Positions 20,996 through 32,050 of a DNA stretch of 64,000 nucleotides are shown here, piece by piece. Within the stretch, counting starts at the first letter, position 1. Every line of letters begins with the position of its first letter. Location: positions 16,809-80,808 of the forward strand of contig JBGATI010000013.1 of assembly GCA_044229245.1 (NCBI GenBank). Direction: 5' to 3'. The notes under the pieces were generated by a model, which saw only the letters and a list, made by a program, of their open reading frames with translations, ran no database searches and was not told the origin of the DNA. The position numbers were made by a program, and so were the translations under genes. This stretch comes from Gemmatimonadales bacterium (GTDB taxonomy: Bacteria > Gemmatimonadota > Gemmatimonadetes > Gemmatimonadales > GWC2-71-9).

Positions 20996-21690
20996 TATTG
21001 AGTCCGTGGCGTGAAGTAGAAAGAGACCGGCAGCACATCCGAAGGATAGCCGTCCGGGAGCTGCCCGAAGGCCTTCGAGGTACCCGCTGCCTCGACCGCG
21101 CCCTGAGCGGAAAGGTCGAAGGAGAAGCTCCCCGAGGGGCGGATAAGCTTGATCTCGCGAATACTCCCGTCGCGCATGATGAGAAAGCTCACCTCGGCAC
21201 GCAGCGCGGCGTTGCCGAGGGGCCTCTGCCACCGCCGGTAGACCTCCTGCACGATGTTCCTGAGGTACTCCGGATATGGGAACTGCATGCCGGGCGTACT
21301 CACCGTGACAGCGTCGTTCCCGGTGCTCGGCGTCTCACCCGGAAGGGTCTGAGTTCGGGGGGTGGAGGCAGGATTCGGCTCGGTCCGTTGCGGCGGCTTC
21401 GGCGTGACCGGCTTCGGCTTGGCGGGAGCTGGCTTCGTCGGTTTGGGCAGCGGCTTGGTCGGCGCCGTCTCCTCGGCCGGTGGCCGCGGCGCCGCCTCCG
21501 GAGCGGGCTTCGCATCTGGTGGAGGCGCCGGTGCCGCCACCAATTCGACCGCATACACCGGTGGCCCGGTGTCGATCGCCTTGACCGTGGTCCAGAGGAG
21601 CCCGATCGCCACCGCGTGCACCACCACTGTTCCCGTCAGGCCTGCGGCGATCCCTGATCGCTCGCGGCCACCCCCGCGCCGCGACGTCAC
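20995..21690 (-). CDS. tolA: TolA-position protein with a TonB-type C-terminal domain
   Basis: An N-terminal TM (IAAGLTGTVVVHAVAIGLLW), a Pro/Lys/Ala-rich spacer and a TonB_C-like end (YPEYLRNIVQEVYRRW...). It lies between tolR and tolB. GTG start with a GTGA overlap. Confidence 0.75.
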   Translation of the reverse strand: MTSRRGGGRERSGIAAGLTGTVVVHAVAIGLLWTTVKAIDTGPPVYAVELVAAPAPPPDAKPAPEAAPRPPAEETAPTKPLPKPTKPAPAKPKPVTPKPPQRTEPNPASTPRTQTLPGETPSTGNDAVTVSTPGMQFPYPEYLRNIVQEVYRRWQRPLGNAALRAEVSFLIMRDGSIREIKLIRPSGSFSFDLSAQGAVEAAGTSKAFGQLPDGYPSDVLPVSFYFTPRTQ

Positions 21691-22121
21691 GGCCGTTCTT
21701 CCTCCTCGGCCACGAGACCCACATCGGTCACACCAGAGAGGCGAATGGTGGCCAGCACCCGCACCACCTCCCCATATGGAACGCGCCGGTCGGCCCGCAG
21801 ATAGACCGACTTCGGCTTCCGGCTCTTCACCAGCGCCGCGAAGGTCATCTGGAAGTCCCGGTAGGACACGGCCGTCTGATCGATGAAGATGCGCCCCTGC
21901 TGGTCCACGCTGACCACCATGCCCTCCTGGGCGGTGATCGGGCGCGCCTCAGCCTTGGGCAGTTGGACATCCACGCCGCCCTGCATGATCGGCGCGGCGA
22001 TCATGAAGATGATGAGCAGCACGAAGGCCACGTCCACCATCGACGTGACGTTGATGTCCGCATTGAGCGGGAGTTCGCCGTGGCCCCGCAGCCCACCGCC
22101 GCGTCCGACACCCCAGCCCAT
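21687..22121 (-). CDS. tolR: Biopolymer transport protein TolR/ExbD
   Basis: 144 aa. INVTSMVDVAFVLLIIFMI is the ExbD/TolR TM signature. Confidence 0.9.
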   Translation of the reverse strand: MGWGVGRGGGLRGHGELPLNADINVTSMVDVAFVLLIIFMIAAPIMQGGVDVQLPKAEARPITAQEGMVVSVDQQGRIFIDQTAVSYRDFQMTFAALVKSRKPKSVYLRADRRVPYGEVVRVLATIRLSGVTDVGLVAEEEERP

Positions 22122-22122
22122 C

Positions 22123-22848
22123 TTACAGCAACCCTTCGCGCGCCATCGTTCCGATCAGCTCGTTGGCGAACCCTTCCAGTTCACCAGCGAACAATCCCAA
22201 CCGGTTCACGAAGACGTTGTAAGCGATCACAGCAGGGATCGCGGCCGCGAGTCCCGCCACCGTCGTGATCAGTGCTTCGGCGACACCAGGCGCGACGGCA
22301 CTGATGTTGCCCGAACCGCGCGCCGCAATCCCGATGAAGGCATCCATCACGCCGAGCACGGTGCCCAGCAGTCCCAGCAGCGGCCCGACCGACCCGATCG
22401 TGGCGAGCCAGGAGATGAAGCGCGCCATGATGTCGCGCTCGGCGCCGACCTCCTTGCCGAGCACCATCTTGAGCGCCTCGAGCTGGGTCATGGAGAGCGT
22501 CCCCGCGGCCGGGGCCTGACCTTCGTCCTTCAGTGCCCCGGGGCGCAGTTCCGTGAAGAAGTTGAGACCCTCGCGGAAGAGCCGATTGTACGGCGACGGG
22601 GGCAGCTTCATGACCGCGTGATAGGCGTCCTTGAGTCGGGTGGTCCGTTCCAGCTCCGCGAAGAACCGGTCCGCCTGGGCGCGCACCCGCCGGAACTGCC
22701 ACCACTTGAGCCCGATGACGAACCACGAGGTGAGGGAGAACACGAGGGTGATCCCGAGGACGACCTTGGTCTCGGGACTCGAGACCAGGACCAGATCCCA
22801 GGACGAAGAAGGTATCGATGTGGCGGCCTGAAGCATCGAGAGACCCAT
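22123..22848 (-). CDS. tolQ: Proton-channel protein TolQ (MotA/TolQ/ExbB family)
   Basis: 241 aa with a conserved C-terminal half (LATIGSVGPLLGLLGTVLGVMDAF...VAPGVAEALITTVAGLAAAIPAVIAYN). Confidence 0.9.
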   Translation of the reverse strand: MGLSMLQAATSIPSSSWDLVLVSSPETKVVLGITLVFSLTSWFVIGLKWWQFRRVRAQADRFFAELERTTRLKDAYHAVMKLPPSPYNRLFREGLNFFTELRPGALKDEGQAPAAGTLSMTQLEALKMVLGKEVGAERDIMARFISWLATIGSVGPLLGLLGTVLGVMDAFIGIAARGSGNISAVAPGVAEALITTVAGLAAAIPAVIAYNVFVNRLGLFAGELEGFANELIGTMAREGLL

Positions 22849-22963
22849 CAGGTAGGTTGCTCAGCTACGGAGCGGGCCCTCACCGCTGCGCCGGCTCGGA
22901 CGCCAGCGGCCTCGATGAGGGCCCGGAGGGGACGCAGGGGGCGTGGCCGAAGCGCACGCCAGA

Positions 22964-24199
22964 TCACGAAGGCAGCTTGGCGATCTGCCGGGCCTCGGTG
23001 CCTGCCGGGATGTTGGGCTGCACAATCTTCACCACACGGACGGTCGCTGTCCGCTCGCCGACGTGCACGACCTGCACCGTCGCCATGGCCTCGTTGACGA
23101 CGGTCGCCGCATCCACCCGGGCGCGGGGAGTCTGCCGCAGCTCGAACAGATCACCCAGCGCGACGCCGTCCTTGCGACCACGGTCGAGAAACAGCACCGC
23201 CTGCGGATCGGTGAGGGCTCGATCATCCCGGTGCCGGATGACATGGGCCTTCACGCCATCCGAAATCGGCACGGGGCGAACGTTGCCCGGATCGACGAAC
23301 CGTTCGGCGGGCACCACGCTCTGGTGATCCCGGACCGCCCCGAAGGCAGCGATGACTTCGGCCTGATTCTCCGGACGGCTCACGTCCGTCACCCGGAGCA
23401 GGCCGGTCGGGACCACCACCGTGCCGTAGTTCTGGGTCTCGTCACTGAGCCAGACCGACAGCAGCGTGTCCCCCACCTGGTACTTGCCGCCCGCCGGTGG
23501 CACCACCGCCACCGAGCCGTACATCTGGGCGGTTGAGCGACTCGAGACTTCCTCGATCTGGAGCGGCGTGACTGTGCCGAGCACTGTCCCGAAGGGAAGC
23601 TTCTGGCCCTCGGTCAGGAATCCGGAGCTGAAGAACTCGGTACGACGGATCGGGCGATACGAGCGCTGCAGCGCATGCTCCAGGCTCGGACCGGTGCTGG
23701 CCACACGCCGGCGATCGCCGACGAGCGGTGTGAGGTCCACGCTATCCCGCGCATCGGGAGCAGACGCATCAGCCAGGTCCACCACCTGCGGCTCGTTGAG
23801 ACCGGCCGCGGCCGGCGGCTCGTCCGGGGCCGCCGAGGCAGTGTCGGCCCCCGTCGTGTCGCCGGCCACCTGATCGCCCTGGGCCATCTGTCCCGGCTGC
23901 GCTTCCACCGCCGGACTCGGCGTGTCGGTCGCAGGTACGGCACTGACATCGGCGCCACCGGCCACCCGGAGTACTTCGCCGGGGTAGATCCAGTGCGGAT
24001 CTTCGACCACGGTCGTATTCAGCCGGTAAATCTCCGGCCACAGGAAGGGGTCGCCGAGATAGGTCCGGGCGAGATCCCACAGGGTGTCACCGGGACGGAC
24101 GGTATGGGACTCCGGCCGGGCGTTCTGCGCCGAGAGCCCGACCGGGACGCTGAGCGCCACCAGCACGGCCGCCAAGCGGATCCGAGCACAACAGGTCAT
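22964..24199 (-). CDS. Secreted LysM-domain protein with an acidic linker and an uncharacterised C-terminal domain
   Basis: The preferred ATG at 24199 gives the signal peptide MTCCARIRLAAVLVALSVPVGLSAQ. LysM motif: HTVRPGDTLWDLARTYLGDPFLWPEIYRLN...IYPGEVLRV. The remaining ~250 aa have no motif I recognise. Confidence 0.75.
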   Translation of the reverse strand: MTCCARIRLAAVLVALSVPVGLSAQNARPESHTVRPGDTLWDLARTYLGDPFLWPEIYRLNTTVVEDPHWIYPGEVLRVAGGADVSAVPATDTPSPAVEAQPGQMAQGDQVAGDTTGADTASAAPDEPPAAAGLNEPQVVDLADASAPDARDSVDLTPLVGDRRRVASTGPSLEHALQRSYRPIRRTEFFSSGFLTEGQKLPFGTVLGTVTPLQIEEVSSRSTAQMYGSVAVVPPAGGKYQVGDTLLSVWLSDETQNYGTVVVPTGLLRVTDVSRPENQAEVIAAFGAVRDHQSVVPAERFVDPGNVRPVPISDGVKAHVIRHRDDRALTDPQAVLFLDRGRKDGVALGDLFELRQTPRARVDAATVVNEAMATVQVVHVGERTATVRVVKIVQPNIPAGTEARQIAKLPS

Positions 24200-24299
24200 C
24201 ACGCTACCCTCTGATGGTGGGAATCGTGGTAAAGCAATATATGACAGGGGGCTCCGACGCGCCACTCAGAGACTACATGAGATTTGAGATGCTAACCGT

Positions 24300-24594
24300 A
24301 TGCCCGATCAGGCGTTGGGGCGGGTGATCGGGCTCACAGCCATTCCTCGGGGGTGGCTCGGCGACCGCCGAGGTGGCTTTGGGCGACTCCGACGGGGCTG
24401 TCAGGGGGTCGCCGAGCCCTCGGGGGCGGATGCCCGAGGCAGGCCGGCCTGAAGCGGAGCAGCGGCGGTCTTTACCGAGGGTGGCCGGTGCCATGGGGCC
24501 CAGGCCATGCACGCTTGGCCCGCGGGCGGCGTGTCCGTCGAGTGATTCCGGGAGTCCCGCCGGAGCGCCTGACAACTGCGCACAGCCACACCGG
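24300..24594. other. Unassigned, highly structured GC-rich intergenic region (possible ncRNA; SRP-RNA-like apical motif on the plus strand)
   Basis: About 295 nt hold no credible ORF in an otherwise tightly packed region. Hairpins include CCCGATCA (24303-24310) with TGATCGGG (24325-24332). Others are AGCCA/TGGCT (about 24337-24357) and GGCGAC/GTCGCC (about 24382-24412). The plus strand carries AGG(24441-24443)-CCGGCC-UGAA(24450-24453)-GCGG-AGCA(24458-24461)-GC. This resembles the SRP RNA helix 8 motif AGG..GNRA..AGCAGC. Confidence 0.3.
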
Positions 24595-25182
24595 CTACAA
24601 CTGCCCGTCGAGGCCGAGCTGGTGGTAGTAGTGCACCACGCTCTCCTGATGTTCGAGCAGCCAGTCGATCGTGGGCTCCTGGCGCATCGCCTTGCGCAGG
24701 GCTTCGGCCGTTGCCTCGCGGTGCGTCTGGAAGAGCACGGCGTGATCCAGGTCCTCCGCCTCAAGCACGGCGGGGTCGAGCCAGACCGAGACGATGACCC
24801 CGAGTTCGTTCACGCGAGACTTGGGAATGTCACCACTCCGCACGGCATCGAGCACCCCGTTGGCGATCGCCGCCTGCACCGTCCCCATGAGGATGTTGGT
24901 GTAGCGGCCGTCGTTCACCGTCACCTTGCTCACCATCAGCGTCGCCGGCTTCACCTGCACGTCGCTGTTGAGAATGGCGAAGACCCGGGAGTGGCCCTTG
25001 ACCTGATCGCCCAGCAGCGTGGCCAGCGCCTGACCGACCGGCCCGTCCAGCTCGCCGATGATGACTTCCGGCTCGGCCGCGGACCAGCCCTGCTCCGCCT
25101 CCACCAGCGCTTCTCCGGTCCGCAACACGATTCGCTCACCCATCTCGGTCACGCCTCTCTCCAGATGATTGTCGGATGGCAT
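24595..25182 (-). CDS. Formaldehyde-activating enzyme (Fae) family protein
   Basis: The pattern matches Fae as I remember it. Matching elements: TGEALVE...VIIGELDGP...KPATLMVSKVTVNDG...GTVQAAIANGVLDAVRSGDIP...ELGVIVSVW...REATAEALRKAM. The true start may be the ATG at 25143 (MGERIVL...). Confidence 0.6.
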   Translation of the reverse strand: MPSDNHLERGVTEMGERIVLRTGEALVEAEQGWSAAEPEVIIGELDGPVGQALATLLGDQVKGHSRVFAILNSDVQVKPATLMVSKVTVNDGRYTNILMGTVQAAIANGVLDAVRSGDIPKSRVNELGVIVSVWLDPAVLEAEDLDHAVLFQTHREATAEALRKAMRQEPTIDWLLEHQESVVHYYHQLGLDGQL

Positions 25183-25256
25183 CCCAAGTCATCAGCCGCC
25201 AGCCACCAGCAGCGACGCTGGCAACCGGCGGCTGAACTCGGGATGTGCGATCTCAC

Positions 25257-25760
25257 TCAGAACGGGAGATCGTCGTCCTCGCCGTCGAGCGCTTCCGGGA
25301 AATCCCCGAAGGCCTCCTCCTTGCCTTCCTTCTTGGCAGGTGCGCTGCCGCCGGACGCCGCGGCGCTGGCCCGCGCCGGCGTGTAGCCGCCCTCGCTGCC
25401 CCCGCCCTTGCCCGAGAGCATGATGATCTCGCTGGCGATGATCTCCGTCGTGTACCGGGTCTGCCCTTCCTTGTCCTGCCAGGAGCGGTACTCGATCCGG
25501 CCCTCCACGTAGAGCTTGTCGCCCTTCTTCACGAACTTCTCGACGACATCCGCGAGCCCGGTGCCGGCGCCCTTGCTGTTGTTCCAGGCGACGACACGGT
25601 GCCACTCCGTCTTCTCCTGCTTGTCGCCACCCTGGCCGGACCATTGCCGGCTGGTCGCGAGACTGAAGTTGGCCACGCGACCACCGTTGGCGATGCTGCG
25701 GACTTCGGGATCCTGACCGAGGTTGCCGATCAGGATGACTTTGTTCAGGCTGCGACTCAC
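25257..25760 (-). CDS. ssb: Single-stranded DNA-binding protein
   Basis: SRSLNKVILIGNLGQDPEVR...WHRVVAW is followed by a Gly/Ala-rich tail ending in DDDLPF. I prefer the GTG at 25760 because GGAGG lies 5 nt upstream. The track ORF starts at an upstream GTG at 25772. Confidence 0.9.
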   Translation of the reverse strand: MSRSLNKVILIGNLGQDPEVRSIANGGRVANFSLATSRQWSGQGGDKQEKTEWHRVVAWNNSKGAGTGLADVVEKFVKKGDKLYVEGRIEYRSWQDKEGQTRYTTEIIASEIIMLSGKGGGSEGGYTPARASAAASGGSAPAKKEGKEEAFGDFPEALDGEDDDLPF

Positions 25761-25800
25761 GGGAACCTCCACTGCTGTTGGGAGCAGAATGATTGGCGGA

Positions 25801-25828
25801 CACGCCCCTACGGTAATGCTGGGGCGTG
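25801..25828. terminator. Stem-loop between rimI and ssb
   Basis: CACGCCCC (25801-25808) pairs with GGGGCGTG (25821-25828), with a 12 nt loop. There is no U-tract. Confidence 0.35.
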
Positions 25829-25867
25829 CCGGCCGGTTATCCGAAATCTAGCGCCGGCGTACCTTGA

Positions 25868-26326
25868 TCACGCGCCCCCCGGCAGCGCGAGGCGGAGGAC
25901 AATCGCATCCTCGACCGGATTGCGGTAGTACCGGGTTCGCCGGCCGATCGGCCGGAACCCGCGATGGGTGTACAGCGCCTGGGCCGTCAGATTGCCCTCG
26001 CGGACCTCGAGAAAGACTTCCCTGGCACCGGCCTCGCCCAGGCTCGTGAGGGCCGCATCGAGAAGCCGACTCCCGAGTCCCTGGCCTCGGACCTCTGGCG
26101 CGACCGCGAGGTTGAGGATCTCTCCCTCACCGGCGACGGCCCGCGCCACCAGGTAACCATCGACCTCGCCCAGCCGCTCGGCGATGAAGCCGCGACCGAA
26201 GGGGGAGGAGAAGAGATCTTCGAACGCCTCCGCGCTCCATGGATCGCTGAAACAGCGCCGCTCGAGGGGCACGAGCCGACGGCCGTCAGCCGTGCGCGCG
26301 CGCCGGATCTGCCAGGGGCCGTCCAT
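25868..26326 (-). CDS. rimI: Ribosomal-protein-alanine N-acetyltransferase (GNAT)
   Basis: The preferred ATG at 26326 gives MDGPWQIRRA. GNAT motif A: NLAVAPEVRGQGLGSRLL. It follows tsaE-tsaB, the conserved neighbourhood. Confidence 0.8.
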   Translation of the reverse strand: MDGPWQIRRARTADGRRLVPLERRCFSDPWSAEAFEDLFSSPFGRGFIAERLGEVDGYLVARAVAGEGEILNLAVAPEVRGQGLGSRLLDAALTSLGEAGAREVFLEVREGNLTAQALYTHRGFRPIGRRTRYYRNPVEDAIVLRLALPGGA

Positions 26327-26966
26327 GGTCCCGCTCCCACTTCGCCTGCGCCTCGGCTGGCCGGCCATACTCCGGTTCCCACGCGCCGACATCCTCTTGC
26401 GCGCGCACCCCGCCCGCCGTGCCGACCAGACCGAGGAGCACGCCGGCGTCGGGCCAGCTCGGCTGACCACCGAGGAGGGGGGCAGCAGGCCCGACCAGGA
26501 TGTAGTCGCCGGGGACACGCGGACCGATCTGATCGGGTGTCAGGACGGTCGGGGCGAGTACGGTGTCCACACGTCCTGGATGGAACCGATAGGCCGCGGC
26601 GAAGAGTTCACCCCTGAGCGCATTGCTGACCGCGAGCACTGTTCTGCCCTCAGCGGCCACGGCCCCGGCGGCGCACACCAGGAGCGAAGGCGCCACCCAG
26701 AGCGGCATGGGGCGCACCCGGATCAGCGCCTTCGCCACCGAGGCGCCGACCCGGAGACCGGTGAAGCTCCCCGGTCCATCCGCGAGCACGATGCCCTCCA
26801 GTTCCGGGTAGCCCGCACCCGCCGCCGCGAGACAGCGTTCGATCGCCGGCAGCAGCGCCGCCGCATGCCGGCGCGCCCCCGCGATGGTCTCACGCGCGAA
26901 CACGCGCCCTGGCGTGCCGAGCGCCACGGAAGCCTGGTCGGTCGCGGTATCGAGGGCGAGCCACAT
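26286..26966 (-). CDS. tsaB: tRNA t6A37 biosynthesis protein TsaB (YeaZ)
   Basis: The ATG at 26966 gives [17 protein letters not shown]...GPGSFTGLRVGASVAKAL. The upstream part of the 385-aa track ORF is a different-frame artefact that overlaps tsaE. Confidence 0.85.
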   Translation of the reverse strand: MWLALDTATDQASVALGTPGRVFARETIAGARRHAAALLPAIERCLAAAGAGYPELEGIVLADGPGSFTGLRVGASVAKALIRVRPMPLWVAPSLLVCAAGAVAAEGRTVLAVSNALRGELFAAAYRFHPGRVDTVLAPTVLTPDQIGPRVPGDYILVGPAAPLLGGQPSWPDAGVLLGLVGTAGGVRAQEDVGAWEPEYGRPAEAQAKWERDHGRPLADPARAHG

Positions 26967-27379
26967 CAGGGGAGTTCCTCGAGACCGCGACGATCCTCGT
27001 CGGGAAGGTGCAGGAAACGGATCCTCCGCGTCGGCCGAGGCAGCCAGGCGCCGGCGCGTTCGGGCCACTCCACGAGAATGGCGTCGCCGTCTTCGAGCAG
27101 GGTCTCCCAGTCGAGGTCTGCCGCCTCCTCGGGATGCTTGAGGCGATAGCAGTCGAGATGAAAGACCGGGCCCCTGCGCCCTTCGTAACGGTGCACCAGG
27201 CCGTAAGTCGGGCTCGAGCCAGGCTCCTGGACCCCCAGCCCGCGCGCGACGGCCTGCGCGAAGGTGGTCTTCCCCGCACCGAGTTGTCCCTCGAGGACGA
27301 CGATCGACTTCGGAGCGAGCCGTCGGCCGAGCGCTTCGCCCTCGGCGACCAGTTCCGGCTCCGTGAGCGGGCGGATCAT
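26966..27379 (-). CDS. tsaE: tRNA t6A37 biosynthesis ATPase TsaE (YjeE)
   Basis: 137 aa. P-loop [21 protein letters not shown], and later [10 protein letters not shown]...HLDCYRL. Confidence 0.9.
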   Translation of the reverse strand: MIRPLTEPELVAEGEALGRRLAPKSIVVLEGQLGAGKTTFAQAVARGLGVQEPGSSPTYGLVHRYEGRRGPVFHLDCYRLKHPEEAADLDWETLLEDGDAILVEWPERAGAWLPRPTRRIRFLHLPDEDRRGLEELP

Positions 27380-29430
27380 GCCCGCCTTCTGGCGCGTGGC
27401 GCGGCCGTCCCGCCGCGGGCCACCTCAGGGGCATCGAGCGCACGGAGTTCGTTCACCTGATCGCGCAGCAGGGCAGCCATCTCGAATTCGAGATTGGCCG
27501 CGGCCTCCTTCATCTGCCGCTCCAGCGCCGCGATCGTCTGGGCGCGCTTGGCCGGATCGCGGAAATCGAGCTCGACCAGACGCTCTTCCTTCTTCTTCTC
27601 CACTTTCTCGGTGCGGGCATCCGCCACGCGAGTCGTGAGCTTCACCTCTTCGAGCGACTTGATGATCGAACGCGGCGTGATGCCATGCTCCTCGTTGTAC
27701 GCCACCTGGATCGCGCGCCGCCGGTTCATTTCGGCCAACGCACGTTCCATCGAGCCGGTCATCCGGTCGGCATAGAGAATCGCCTTGCCGTTGATGTGGC
27801 GCGCCGCTCGGCCGACCGTCTGGATCAGGGACCGGTCGGAGCGAAGGAACCCCTCCTGGTCGGCGTCGAGGATCGCCACCAGAGACACCTCCGGGAGATC
27901 GAGCCCCTCGCGCAGCAGGTTGATACCCACCAGCACATCGAACTCGCCGAGGCGCAGCCCGCGGAGGATCTCCATCCGCTCGATGGCGTCGATATCGGAA
28001 TGGAGGTAGCGGACCCGTACTCCGGTCTGCTGCAGGTAGTCGGTGAGATCCTCGGCCATCCGCTTCGTCAGCGTGGTGACCAGCACCCGCTCCCGCCGCT
28101 TCGCGCGGTCGCGGATCTCGCCGAGGAGATCGTCGACCTGGCCCTTGACCGGCCGGATCATGACCTCCGGGTCGACCAGCCCGGTGGGACGGATGATCTG
28201 TTCCACCACATGCCCGTTGGAGAGCCGCAGCTCGAGGTCGCCCGGTGTGGCGGACACTGCGAGAAGCTGGGGCGTGAGCGCCATGAACTCGTCGAAGTGA
28301 AGCGGCCGGTTGTCGAGCGCCGACGGCAGACGGAATCCGTACTCGACCAGGGTTTCCTTGCGGGCCCGGTCCCCGTTGAACATGCCGCCGATCTGTGGAA
28401 GCGTCACGTGCGACTCGTCCGCCACGACGAGGAAATCGGCCGGGAAGTAGTCGAACAGGCAGGCGGGGCGCTCCCCCTCCTGGCGACCCGAGAAGTGCCG
28501 CGAGTAGTTCTCGATGCCGGCACAGGTGCCCACCTCCAGCATCATCTCGACGTCGAAAGTGGTGCGCGATTCCAGGCGCTGCGCCTCCAGCAGCTTCCCC
28601 GCCCCGCGAAGCAGCGCGAGGCGCTCGGCCAGTTCGGCGCGGATCAGCTTGACCGCGCGCTCGATGGTGGGGCGCTGGGTGACGAAGTGCTTCGCCGGGT
28701 AGATGGCGCAGCGATCGAGGTTCGCGGTGGCCTTGCCGGTGAGAGGATCGATCCGGGTGATCCGCTCCACGGTGTCACCCCAGAACTCGACCCGCACCGC
28801 CTGCTCGGCGTATGCCGGGAAGATCTCCACGGTATCACCACGAACCCGGAAGGTCCCCTGCTCGAAGCTCACATCGTTGCGGCCGTACTGGATGCGGACC
28901 AGATCGGCGAGCAGGCTGTCCCGCCCCTTCTGCTCGCCCTTCTCGGCCGTCACGAGGAGCTTGCGATACTCCACCGGGTCGCCGAGGCCGTAGATCGCGC
29001 TGACCGTGGCGACGATGACCACATCCTCCCGCTCCATGAGGCTCGACGTCGCACGGAGACGAAGGCTCTCGATGTCGGCGTTGATCGAGGCGTCCTTCTC
29101 GATGTAGACGTCGGTCGTGGGGACGTACGCTTCGGGCTGGTAGTAGTCGTAGTACGAGACGAAGTACTCGACCGCATTGTTCGGCAGGAACTGACGCAGC
29201 TCCCCGTAGAGCTGGGCGGCGAGTGTCTTGTTGTGGGAGAGCACCAGCGTCGGCTTGCCGTAGTTCGCGATGACATGCGCAAGTGTCATCGTCTTGCCGG
29301 AGCCCGTGACACCGAGCAGCGTCTGGTACTTCTCGCCCTGAAGCAGCCCTTCGGAGAGCTGGGCGATCGCCCTCGGCTGATCGCCGGCGGGCTCGAAGGG
29401 CGCGATGACCTGGAAGGAGGGGCTCGACAT
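27376..29430 (-). CDS. uvrB: Excinuclease ABC subunit B
   Basis: The preferred ATG at 29430 gives [22 protein letters not shown]. Motifs: GVTGSGKT, helicase motifs, and a C-terminal UVR domain ([22 protein letters not shown]). Confidence 0.95.
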   Translation of the reverse strand: MSSPSFQVIAPFEPAGDQPRAIAQLSEGLLQGEKYQTLLGVTGSGKTMTLAHVIANYGKPTLVLSHNKTLAAQLYGELRQFLPNNAVEYFVSYYDYYQPEAYVPTTDVYIEKDASINADIESLRLRATSSLMEREDVVIVATVSAIYGLGDPVEYRKLLVTAEKGEQKGRDSLLADLVRIQYGRNDVSFEQGTFRVRGDTVEIFPAYAEQAVRVEFWGDTVERITRIDPLTGKATANLDRCAIYPAKHFVTQRPTIERAVKLIRAELAERLALLRGAGKLLEAQRLESRTTFDVEMMLEVGTCAGIENYSRHFSGRQEGERPACLFDYFPADFLVVADESHVTLPQIGGMFNGDRARKETLVEYGFRLPSALDNRPLHFDEFMALTPQLLAVSATPGDLELRLSNGHVVEQIIRPTGLVDPEVMIRPVKGQVDDLLGEIRDRAKRRERVLVTTLTKRMAEDLTDYLQQTGVRVRYLHSDIDAIERMEILRGLRLGEFDVLVGINLLREGLDLPEVSLVAILDADQEGFLRSDRSLIQTVGRAARHINGKAILYADRMTGSMERALAEMNRRRAIQVAYNEEHGITPRSIIKSLEEVKLTTRVADARTEKVEKKKEERLVELDFRDPAKRAQTIAALERQMKEAAANLEFEMAALLRDQVNELRALDAPEVARGGTAAPRARRRA

Positions 29431-29456
29431 GGCGGCCCCAATATACTGGGTTCGGC

Positions 29457-29870
29457 TTATGTTCGGGAGCCCAGCGCGATGATCCGCTTCCACTGCTCCG
29501 CGGTCACGGGCATCACCGAAAGCCGGGAGTTCCGGATCAGCGGAAGTTCTCCCAGCGCGGGATCGGCCTTGATCGTGGCGAGGGGCACCGGATTGCCAAG
29601 CTTCGCCTCAGGCGCCACGTCCACCACCACGTGCTTGGGATCGGTCCCCTTCGGATCAGGGTACGCGGCGGCAGCGACCTTCGCCGTCCCGACGACCGAC
29701 TTTTCGGCACCGGAGTGATAGATCAGCAGCTTGTCGCCCGGTTTCATGCCGCGCAGGTGGATCAGCGCGAGATTGTTGCGCACGCCGTCCCAGACCGCAC
29801 GTTTTTCAGCGACGAGCCGATCGAAGGAGTAGGTCGACGGTTCGGTCTTGAGGAGCCAGTGGCTGGTCAT
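29457..29870 (-). CDS. EVE (PUA-like) domain protein
   Basis: The ATG at 29870 gives [53 protein letters not shown], a typical EVE/DUF55 N-terminus. Confidence 0.75.
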   Translation of the reverse strand: MTSHWLLKTEPSTYSFDRLVAEKRAVWDGVRNNLALIHLRGMKPGDKLLIYHSGAEKSVVGTAKVAAAAYPDPKGTDPKHVVVDVAPEAKLGNPVPLATIKADPALGELPLIRNSRLSVMPVTAEQWKRIIALGSRT

Positions 29871-29875
29871 GGATC

Positions 29876-32046
<2,171 letters not shown>

Positions 32047-32050
<4 letters not shown>

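Noticed and set aside
24266-24300. An AT-richer patch, considered as a promoter of the LysM gene (minus strand TTAGCA...TAGTCT)
   Set aside because: The spacing between the best -35-like and -10-like hexamers is about 14 nt, which is off-consensus. I therefore did not list it as a feature. It may still be the promoter region.
24200-24594. RNase P RNA, tmRNA, or a ydaO (c-di-AMP) or cobalamin riboswitch in the structured gap upstream of the LysM gene
   Set aside because: The RNase P conserved blocks (GAGGAAAGUCCGG, ACAGAACCCGGCUUA) are absent on both strands. The tmRNA T-arm/ACCA end is absent. I could not find the ydaO blocks (GGGGUGAAUCC, CCCGUCAGCUAACCUCGUAAGC) or a B12 box. Only the SRP-like motif remains, as a weak candidate.
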